Shown: positions 30,136-38,319 of the stretch, one piece after another | Position numbering within the stretch: the first letter of the stretch is position 1 | Layout of the letters: each line of letters starts with the position of its first letter | Assembly (NCBI GenBank): GCA_905235045.1 | Contig: CAJOJO010000009.1 | Location: 4,241-68,240 of the forward strand | Source: an uncultured Bacilli bacterium | GTDB lineage: Bacteria; Bacillota_I; Bacilli_A; RF39; UBA660 | Reading direction: 5' to 3' | Length of the DNA stretch: 64,000 nt | The notes under the pieces: model-generated | The model's database searches: none | What the model was told of the DNA's origin: nothing | What the model saw: the letters and a program-made list of their open reading frames with translations, nothing else | Program-made: the position numbers and the translations under genes

Positions 30136-31289
30136 GTATATACTTCATATCTAAGTGGAGTTACACTGTGTGTATGTGAGTTTAAAGTATGTGTATGACC
30201 TTGTCCACCACCAGTGTTATTATTAGTAGCTGTCGCATTTTGTGTATAATAAGTTACTAAAGCTGCACCTGCATAGAATCCTGAACTACCAGCTGGTCTA
30301 GTGTCATAATGAGCTGGGTCATTCATCCAAGTATTGTTATTTTGTGCATGACTATGTGGGTTTTGAGTATGTGTATGGCTTGGCATTTGTGCTACGGTTA
30401 ATGCTGTGCTACCAGTTGTATTTGTACTTGGTCCACCTGATGTATTACTTCCTGCTGTGTTACCACCATCACCAGCATATAAATAATATCCATTAATTCT
30501 ATCCCATGTTCCACCAAATAATGTTGCTGGGCTTGTACTACTTACTGAAAGATAAATACTACCAACAGGATATATTAAATCAACAACTTCAGAACTAGTT
30601 AATCCACCACCAATTGGTGTACCATTAATTGTAAGTGAATTAGCAACTATGTTTCCAGCGTTGTCAATGCTAAATGTATTATTTTTAGACGTAATACATT
30701 TTGCAGTTAAATTATCTACTTCAATATTTAATTCATCTCCGATTTTTGTGAATGCGTCTTTGAAGTAAATGTCGTCTAGTGAGAAATCATCACACGCTTC
30801 AGTGTGTCTAGCATAAATTACACTATTAACGAATAGTCTGTTTAAATCATCATCTTTTGGATATACGATTATAATATCAGCATCTGTATAATTAGTATAA
30901 ATGTAATTAGTTCCTTCAAATAAAGTTATGTCTATAGTATCTAATTCTTCGACTACAGGTTCAGATAAAACTGAATTATCGCTTCCAATTAGTCTATTAA
31001 CATATGCCTCTAGAACTATCTTGTTATTCTTTAATGCTACTTTTTGAACTACTTCATCACCCTCCCCACTAGCATATCTTAAAATATCAGTAAGATTGAA
31101 AACATATTGTTTTCTATCATTACTAGGATTTGAAGATGATTGTTTATCAACATAGATAACCAAATCATTTTCATTTGGTGCTACTGATGTCGCACCCATC
31201 TTAATTTTTATCCCTAATGCTGCCGCATTTAGAGAGTCTTGTAAGCTGATTTCATTTGTACCGCTTACGCTTTGATTCGTTAAATTCAT
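30117..31289 (-). CDS. Phage tail fibre protein with C-terminal tail-collar (MdpB-like) domain
   Basis: IYPVGSIYLSVSSTSPATLFGGTW ... LTVAQMPSHTHT ... HSH ... GHTHTLNSHTH matches the phage tail collar domain signature (xPVGSIxxS ... FGGTW ... LTxxQMPxHxH). Confidence 0.6.
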   Translation of the reverse strand: MNLTNQSVSGTNEISLQDSLNAAALGIKIKMGATSVAPNENDLVIYVDKQSSSNPSNDRKQYVFNLTDILRYASGEGDEVVQKVALKNNKIVLEAYVNRLIGSDNSVLSEPVVEELDTIDITLFEGTNYIYTNYTDADIIIVYPKDDDLNRLFVNSVIYARHTEACDDFSLDDIYFKDAFTKIGDELNIEVDNLTAKCITSKNNTFSIDNAGNIVANSLTINGTPIGGGLTSSEVVDLIYPVGSIYLSVSSTSPATLFGGTWDRINGYYLYAGDGGNTAGSNTSGGPSTNTTGSTALTVAQMPSHTHTQNPHSHAQNNNTWMNDPAHYDTRPAGSSGFYAGAALVTYYTQNATATNNNTGGGQGHTHTLNSHTHSVTPLRYEVYTWKRTA

Positions 31290-31426
31290 ATTCTTATCAC
31301 CCTTTCTTGATTTAACACCTACATAGTAATTTAAACTTTACTGGATATTCACTAGACTTTTTTTCTTTTTTCAAAAAAAAGAAACAAATAGTTATCTCAT
31401 TTGTTTCCCCATTTAAATTTAATTTT

Positions 31427-31921
31427 TTATATAGTTTTCACATCTTCTTTAAAATTAAGTGTCAACTTTTGTCTAGCGCTAATTATAGATGCATAGACCG
31501 AGTGAACTGAACATCGTTCTATTTCAGCGATTTCTCGCAATGACATTTCATAAAAATAATACATTATTAATCTTTTCTTTTGAGTAACCGACAAACACTC
31601 AATAAATTTATATAATTGCTCACACATTATTTTATTAAAAACTATTTCTTCAACTGATCTAGGTTTATATCGTAAACGACGATATAATGTTTCCTCGATC
31701 ATTTCAGATTGTTCTATATGTCTTTCATATTTATGTCTTTGTGAAATTTCTTCTAATTTAAAATTATTAAACTCATTATAAATTACTTTATCAACTTTAA
31801 CGTAATTTTCTACATTTTTTGAATCCTTAAATATAACGTAATAATCCCCATTAATTATTATTAATTTATATGGATTATTAAATAACCTATGTATCACATC
31901 CAACCTCCAATCATTATACAA
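31427..31921 (-). CDS. ArpU-family / sigma-70 region-4-like transcriptional regulator (phage late-gene activator type)
   Basis: C-terminal LSVTQKKRLIMYYFYEMSLREIAEIERCSVHSVYASIISARQKL is a sigma-70 region-4 HTH. There is no region 2, so it is not a full sigma factor. First gene inside the island next to tRNA-His. Confidence 0.5.
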   Translation of the reverse strand: MYNDWRLDVIHRLFNNPYKLIIINGDYYVIFKDSKNVENYVKVDKVIYNEFNNFKLEEISQRHKYERHIEQSEMIEETLYRRLRYKPRSVEEIVFNKIMCEQLYKFIECLSVTQKKRLIMYYFYEMSLREIAEIERCSVHSVYASIISARQKLTLNFKEDVKTI

Positions 31922-32163
31922 AAAATGAATAATGGAGGTGATCTATTTTTAATAAAAAAAGTAGTTATTTTTAAATAACTACTTACTACTATATAATTTT
32001 TAAATTTAAATATTTGTACAACCTGTAAAATCATAAGCATGCCACCAAACTCTATGTGTTAAGATGGTACTGCTTAATATCTTAACTAAAAACTATAATA
32101 ATTATATAATAATTTTTATTAAAATTAAATATTTATTTGCAATAAATTAATTTTAATAAAAAA

Positions 32164-32200
32164 AACTCACTATTAAGTGAGTTTATTTTTAAATGGGGCG
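32164..32200. repeat. Right copy of 37-bp direct repeat (terminator hairpin + 3' end of intact tRNA-His)
   Basis: aactcactattaagtgagtttatttttAaatggggcg. Overlaps the tRNA-His 3' terminus at 32194-32200. Confidence 0.5.
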
Positions 32201-32270
32201 CGGTAAGGGATTCGAACCCTTGCATAATGGAACCACAATCCACCGTGTTAACCCCTTCACCAACCACGCC
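32194..32270 (-). tRNA. trnH: tRNA-His (anticodon GTG, with G-1)
   Basis: Reverse complement G-GCGTGGTTGGTGAAGGGGTTAACACGGTGGATTGTGGTTCCATTATGCAAGGGTTCGAATCCCTTACCGCGCCCCA. Anticodon loop TTGTGGT. Extra 5' G pairing with the discriminator C is characteristic of tRNA-His. Confidence 0.85.
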
Positions 32271-32375
32271 ATGTGATACAATACATATTTTATCAATAAT
32301 TATTAAAATAATCAAGTCTTTTTAAAAAATTATTATAACTGCCTACACTTATATATAACATACCCATAGAATATT

Positions 32376-32819
32376 TTGGGAGGAATAATTATGTATAATA
32401 ACCTAGATTATTATAATTATATGAACAATAATTATAATCAACCATTATATACGGAAAATAATAATCCTAAAGAATTATATGATCCACTAGAAGGATTTAT
32501 AAGAGGTAACTTATTTCCAGAATTATATAATGGTTATAAAGTTAAACCAATTAGCTTAAAACCAGTAAATGAACAAGCTAAAATGTTAACTACTTTAGAT
32601 GCTTTGTGTTTTGCCTTAACTGATCTTAATTTATATCTTGATATTTATCCAGATGACAGAGATATGTTAGAACTATTTAATCAATATAGAATTCAAATAA
32701 ATAATATTAAAACTATCTATGAAGATAAATTTGGACCATTAACAATTAATAGTGATGCGAATGATACATATCCATTTATTTGGATAAATAATCCTTGGCC
32801 ATGGATGGGAGGTAATTAA
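32376..32819 (+). CDS. cotJB: Spore coat protein CotJB family (possibly with CotJA-like N-terminal extension)
   Basis: ALCFALTDLNLYLDIYPDDRDMLELFNQYRIQINNIKTIYEDKFGPLT matches the CotJB core. N-terminal GNLFPELY resembles the CotJA motif. Overlaps the cotJC start by 1 nt. Confidence 0.65.
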   Translation: MGGIIMYNNLDYYNYMNNNYNQPLYTENNNPKELYDPLEGFIRGNLFPELYNGYKVKPISLKPVNEQAKMLTTLDALCFALTDLNLYLDIYPDDRDMLELFNQYRIQINNIKTIYEDKFGPLTINSDANDTYPFIWINNPWPWMGGN

Positions 32820-32820
32820 G

Positions 32821-33390
32821 ATGTGGAAATACGAAAAAAAATTAGAATATCCAGTTAATATAAATAAAAAAGATTTAGTAATGGCTAAATGTTTACTTGC
32901 TCAATATGGTGGGCCAGATTCTGAATTAGGAGCTTGTTTAAGATATTTTACCCAAAGATTTACTATGCCTGATGCGAAAGGTAGAGCTTTACTTACCGAT
33001 ATTGCTACCGAAGAAATGGCCCACTTAGAAATAATTGGTGCTATGATATCAGGTTTAATGAAAGATGCAACTATTGATGAACTAAAAAAAGCTGGCTTGG
33101 CTGGCACATTTACAATGCATGATGGAGCTTTGTTCCCTGCAAGTCCCGAAGGAGTACCATTTACTGCTGCTTATATAGAAGCAAGTGGTGACTTTATTGC
33201 CGACTTAGAAAGTGATATGGCAGCTGAACAAAGAGCACGTGCTACCTACGAACACTTAATGGATTTAACTGATGATGTTGATGTTTTAGGACCTCTTTCT
33301 TTCTTAAGGCAAAGAGAAGTAGTTCATTATCAAAGATTTAAAGAATTAAGAAATTATTACTTAGATAATAAAATAGAAAAAAACTCTTAA
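32821..33390 (+). CDS. cotJC: Spore coat protein CotJC (manganese catalase family)
   Basis: 189 aa, the same length as CotJC. MWKYEKKLEYPVNINKKDLVMAKCLLAQYGGPDSELGACLRYFTQRF ... EEMAHLEIIGAM shows the ferritin-like Mn-catalase motifs. Confidence 0.85.
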   Translation: MWKYEKKLEYPVNINKKDLVMAKCLLAQYGGPDSELGACLRYFTQRFTMPDAKGRALLTDIATEEMAHLEIIGAMISGLMKDATIDELKKAGLAGTFTMHDGALFPASPEGVPFTAAYIEASGDFIADLESDMAAEQRARATYEHLMDLTDDVDVLGPLSFLRQREVVHYQRFKELRNYYLDNKIEKNS

Positions 33391-35204
33391 GAGTTTTTTA
33401 TTTTGCTATCAGCTTTTTTACGTTCGGCAGTATTTAATATTTTTTTACGCATACGAATACTTAAAGGTGTTACTTCAACATATTCATCACTATTAATATA
33501 ATCTAGACAATATTCTAAAGATAAAGGACGTGGTCTTTTTAAAACAACAGTATGATCTTTACCTGCACTTCTGGTATTAGTTAAATTTTTACCTCTTACT
33601 GGATTTACAGCTAAATCATTTTCATGTGTATGTTCACCAACAATCATACCTTCATATACATTAACACCTGGTTCAATAAACATGATACCACGGTCCTCTA
33701 ATCCACCTAAAGCATAAGCTGTAGATTGTCCATTTTCCATCGAAACTAAAACACCTAATTTTCTTTCACCAACATTAGTACTAGCTAATTTACGATATTC
33801 TTTAAAAGAATGATTTATAATACCATAACCTTTAGTCATAGTCATAAATTCAGTTGAAAATCCAATTAAACCACGTGATGGAATTGTATAAGTTAATCTA
33901 ACTTGATTTTCATGATTTACCATGTTTTCCATATTTCCTTCTCTTATACCTAAAGCTTCGATAACATTACCAACATATTCTTCAGGTACATCAATTTGAA
34001 CATCTTCATATGGTTCCATTTTAATACCATCTTTTTCTTTTATAATAACAACTGGCTTTGATACTTGAAGTTCAAATCCTTCACGACGCATATTTTCAAT
34101 TAAAATTGATAAGTGTAATTCTCCTCTACCAGATACAATAAATGATTCATTATCATTTGGTTCAACTTTTAATGAAACATCTCGTTCAGTTTCTTTTAAT
34201 AATCTTTCTTCTATTTTACGAGCTGTAACTATTTTACCTTCCTTACCAACAAATGGTGATGTATTAACGCCAAAAGTCATTTGTAATGTTGGTTCATCAA
34301 TACGTAAAAGTGGTAAAGCTTCTTCCTTTCCTACTTCACATACTGTTTCACCTACTGATATATCTGGTAAACCTGATATAGCAATAACGTCACCCGCACT
34401 TGCTTCATTTATTTCAATTCTTTTTAATCCTTTATAGCCAAATATTTTGGCAATTCTAAATTGTTTAATTGAACCATCTAATCTAACACAAGAAACCATT
34501 TCACCAGTTTTAATTGTTCCTCTTTTAACAACACCAATACCAATTCTTCCAACAAAATCATTATAATCTAATAAAGCTGGTTGAAATTGTAAACTGCCAA
34601 CTTCCGTTTTAGGCGAAGGAATATGTTTAATAATTGTATCTAAAATTGGTTCCATTGTTTCTTTTTGGGTTGTTATATCAGAATCATAAGAAGAAGTTCC
34701 ATTAATTGCTGATGCATAAACAACTGGGAAGTCTAATTGATCTAAATCAGCTCCTAATTCAATAAATAAATCCATTACTTCATCGATTACTTCTTTTGGA
34801 CGAGCTGTATCTTTATCTATTTTATTAACAACAATTATTGGTGTTACCCCTGCCTCTAAAGCTTTTTTAAGAACAAATCTAGTTTGTGGCATTGTTCCTT
34901 CGTAAGCATCAACAACAAGTAATACACCATCAACCATATTCATGATTCTCTCTACTTCACCACCAAAATCAGCATGACCTGGAGTATCTAAAATATTAAT
35001 AGTATATCCCTTATAATCAATTGCTGTTGGTTTAGCTAAGATGGTAATTCCTCTTTCTCTTTCAATATCATTTGAATCCATCGCACGTACTTCAACATTT
35101 TCATTTTCTCTAAATGTTCCGGAAGATTTTAATAATCCGTCTACTAAAGTTGTTTTACCATGGTCAACGTGTGCGATAATAGCGATATTTTTAATATTTT
35201 TCAT
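33387..35204 (-). CDS. typA: Translational GTPase TypA/BipA
   Basis: [22 protein letters not shown] ... [14 protein letters not shown] ... NKIDK. 605 aa with EF-G-like domain architecture. Confidence 0.9.
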   Translation of the reverse strand: [605 protein letters not shown]

Positions 35205-35284
35205 AAAAAAAACACTTCCTTTTTTGCCTTAGATAGTATAGCACAATTTCTCTTATATTGTAAAGAAAAAGAACATAAAGTTCT

Positions 35285-35947
35285 TTATTTTTTATATTCA
35301 TAGTTTAGACGATTATTATTACTAACTATGCTTTCTTGCAATTCATTTTCTAGATCCTTTCTTGTATTACTAGCTATTTTGCTACCTTTATGAGCAACTT
35401 CGATGTTTTCGCTTAAACCATTAGGTTTTTGTTTTTGAGAAATTCTTTTAGTTGCTTCTTCTGATAAATCATTTAATTCTTTTCTATTTTGAATAACTTT
35501 TATTCTTTTAGCAATCCATGCTTCACTATAACCCTTAGCTCTATATAAATCAATAGATCTTTGAACAGATATTGATGGATCAAATATTTTATCTATTCTC
35601 TCACTACCTAATTTTGCTAACCATTGTTTAATTGGTTCTGCATTCTTACTAGGAATAGATTCGATAATTCTAAACATTCCTTCAATATCTACAACATCAG
35701 TTAAACGATATTTTCCATCTTTAGCTTTAAGTTTCAAAGCGTTACAATTTGTAACGGTTTCATTTCCTTCATCTTTAAGTCTCTTTTTAAGCACTCTTCA
35801 ATATGTTTGTGGATTATTACTTTCTGAAATAACACTAACTATATCGACAACACTTATAAAGTATTTTTCTTGTTCCCTATCCCAAATAGTCCTAATTGTT
35901 TCATTATTAAATATTTTATTTACGATATACATTTTATCTTGATTCAT
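35285..35947 (-). pseudogene. DinD/Bro-N-like DNA-damage-inducible protein, interrupted by a frameshift
   Basis: N-terminal 49-codon ORF (MNQDKMYIVNKIFNNETIRTIWDREQEKYFISVVDIVSVISESNNPQTY) ends in TGA. The remaining 169 aa (LKKRLKDEGNE ... DLYRAKGYSEAWIAKRIKVIQNRKEL) continues in another frame. Weak resemblance to E. coli DinD. Confidence 0.4.
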
Positions 35948-36051
35948 ACAAGCACCTCCTATAATATGTTACAATATCAAATGTCAAATTCCATGCTTTT
36001 TTATAAAATTTTATATAAAAAATTAAGTCTTTTATTTCTAATTCATCATAT

Positions 36052-37107
36052 TTAATGCATAATTTTTTCAATTTCGTTTATTAATTCTTCTTTGTTAGGA
36101 ATATAATAAGTATATGTAGACGCAAATATATTATTTGATAATCCACCTAATGCATATTCCATAGTAACACCTTTTTTTCCAGTGCAGAGAATAATACCAA
36201 TAGTTTCATTATCAAATTCATCCTTTACTTCTTTATTATAATAATTAATGTACATATTCATTTGACCAGCATATTCTGGTTTCATATCATCCATTTTTAA
36301 GTCTATTAAAACATATGATCTTAATATTTTATTGTAAAAAACAAGGTCTACATAATAATGTATATTATTATCTAATGTAATTCTAACTTGATTACCAACA
36401 TACATAAAGCCTTTACCAAGTTCCATTAAAAAAGCAGATAAATGATTTACTAATTTTTGTTCTAAATCACTTTCAAGTAATGGTTTGTTTTCTTTTATTC
36501 CTAAAAATTCAAACACATAAGGATCTTTTAGTATATCCATTGGTTTAGCTATAGTTTGGCCCTTTTTAGATAGTTCAAGAACTTTTTGCTTATTTAATTT
36601 CCTATCTGATAATAATAATCTTTGAAATAGTAATGAATCTATTTGTCTTTTTAATTCTCTAACAGACCATTTAGAATTTATGCACTCATTTTCATAAAAT
36701 TTTCTTTCATCATCATCTTCAATATATATTAAATAGCAATAATGACTCCAACTTAAATTGCTAGACAGTGTCTGGCAATTCTTATATTTATTATAAAATA
36801 ATCGCATATTTTGCAAATTACTTCGACTATATCCAGTACCAAAATTATTAGTTAATTTTTTAGATAATTTATTCAAAATTTCTTTACCATATTCAGCACG
36901 AATATTTCCGTTTTGCTCATTTTCCACGATAACTTTACCAATCATAAAATTATTTTTGACTAATATATTATTTATTTGATAAATAGCTTTAGTTTTATTT
37001 GTGGTAATAATGTTAGCTATTTCATTATACATACCACTTATTACTTGTTCATTATCTTTTATTGCATTCATTTGCATTAATTTTTCTCCTTTCTTAATTT
37101 TGTTCAT
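36052..37107 (-). CDS. DUF1016/YhcG-like PD-(D/E)XK nuclease family protein
   Basis: NLSWSHY ... VRELKRQI and C-terminal YVLIDLKMDDMKPEYAGQMNMYINYY ... ETIGIILCTGKKGVTMEYAL match the DUF1016 conserved blocks. Confidence 0.65.
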   Translation of the reverse strand: MNKIKKGEKLMQMNAIKDNEQVISGMYNEIANIITTNKTKAIYQINNILVKNNFMIGKVIVENEQNGNIRAEYGKEILNKLSKKLTNNFGTGYSRSNLQNMRLFYNKYKNCQTLSSNLSWSHYCYLIYIEDDDERKFYENECINSKWSVRELKRQIDSLLFQRLLLSDRKLNKQKVLELSKKGQTIAKPMDILKDPYVFEFLGIKENKPLLESDLEQKLVNHLSAFLMELGKGFMYVGNQVRITLDNNIHYYVDLVFYNKILRSYVLIDLKMDDMKPEYAGQMNMYINYYNKEVKDEFDNETIGIILCTGKKGVTMEYALGGLSNNIFASTYTYYIPNKEELINEIEKIMH

Positions 37108-37192
37108 ACAAGCACCTCCTATAATAATTATTCGATGAAAATTTTAAAAATCCTGCAAAAAAAGATAAAAAAAAGAACTTTTTAAAAGTTCC

Positions 37193-38263
37193 TTATTTTT
37201 TAAATAGTTTTTTTAATGCTTTTCGATCAAATATAACATTAGTTGTTAAAACAAATGTTAAAACAATTACAAGTAGTATTCCATATACAATATATCCTAA
37301 TTTATTATCTCCTAATACGTAGATTATAGAAGCCGCAGAAAATAATAAATCAACTCCTAAAATTATTAATACTGTTGCACTTTGTGAGAAGTTACGATTT
37401 AAAAATTGATGATGTATATGAAATCTATCAGCTTGCGATATTTTTTCATGTTTTAATGTTCTCCTTAATATAGCAAATAAAGTATCTAATATTGGGATTG
37501 CTAGAACAAGTAATGGGATAATTAAAGAGGTCATTGTTACATTTTTAAATCCTAGTAAAGCAATAATAGAAATTATGAATCCCATAAACATAGATCCAGA
37601 GTCACCGGCAAATATAGTAGCCGGATGGAAGTTATATACTAAGAATCCTAAAGTAGAACCTAGCATTATAAATGCCATAATAAAATCTAGTCCAGTTTTT
37701 CCTTGCATAGTAGCAATTATTCCAATAGTTAAAAAATATATTGAGCTAATACCACCTGATAATCCATCAATACCATCTATTAAATTTATACAGTTTATAC
37801 AACCTAATATAAAGAATACTGTTAAAGGATATGATAACCAACTAAAGTTAATATATATTCCAAAAGCACTTACATCTTCAATTAAAATATTACCATAACA
37901 AACTATTACTAAAGCGGCTGCTAATTGACCTAAGAATTTATGTTTTGCTCCTAATTCAACCATATCATCGATAACGCCAATTAGAACAATTAGAAAACTT
38001 CCAATCAATACAGCATTCATCATACTACTATGAGTACCAAATATCATATATCCAAGTAAGAATCCTAAAAAAATAGCTAAACCTCCTAATTTAGGAGTTG
38101 GTTTTGTATGAATATGCCTAGACCTAGGCATATCTACTGCCCCTATTTTATTAGCTAGTCTTTTAATATATGGCATTACTAATACCACAAAGACAAATGG
38201 TACCATAACCATTAATACTATTCTTGATAATAAGTCTTGATCAAATGTCATCTCAATCACCAT
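37193..38263 (-). CDS. tagO: Glycosyltransferase family 4 polyprenyl-phosphate HexNAc-1-P transferase (TagO/WecA-like)
   Basis: IDDMVELGAKHKFLGQ, NLIDGIDGLSGG and FAGDSGSMFMGF motifs. 10-11 TM helices. Confidence 0.65.
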   Translation of the reverse strand: MVIEMTFDQDLLSRIVLMVMVPFVFVVLVMPYIKRLANKIGAVDMPRSRHIHTKPTPKLGGLAIFLGFLLGYMIFGTHSSMMNAVLIGSFLIVLIGVIDDMVELGAKHKFLGQLAAALVIVCYGNILIEDVSAFGIYINFSWLSYPLTVFFILGCINCINLIDGIDGLSGGISSIYFLTIGIIATMQGKTGLDFIMAFIMLGSTLGFLVYNFHPATIFAGDSGSMFMGFIISIIALLGFKNVTMTSLIIPLLVLAIPILDTLFAILRRTLKHEKISQADRFHIHHQFLNRNFSQSATVLIILGVDLLFSAASIIYVLGDNKLGYIVYGILLVIVLTFVLTTNVIFDRKALKKLFKK

Positions 38264-38319
38264 TATTATTATACCATTTTTTTATAAAAGAAAAAAGTTT
38301 CTATAAAGAAACTTTTTAT

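Noticed and set aside
31427-31921. Calling the regulator a TcdR/UviA-type alternative sigma factor
   Set aside because: Only a region-4-type HTH is recognisable. There is no region 2 (-10 recognition/core binding). It fits ArpU-type phage late regulators better. The functional analogy to TcdR is kept only as a hypothesis.
17757-32200. Possibility that the ctcactattaagtgag repeats form a CRISPR array or that the island is an intact prophage/ICE
   Set aside because: There are only three copies, with irregular spacing (0.37 kb and 14 kb) and no cas genes. They are canonical hairpin terminators. No integrase, terminase, capsid or conjugation genes are present, so it is a remnant island rather than an intact mobile element.
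32133-32315. 60-aa minus-strand ORF
   Set aside because: Completely overlaps the tRNA-His gene and its terminator hairpin.
35870-36055. 61-aa plus-strand ORF
   Set aside because: Lies in the promoter/5' region between two minus-strand genes. Low-complexity, no RBS.
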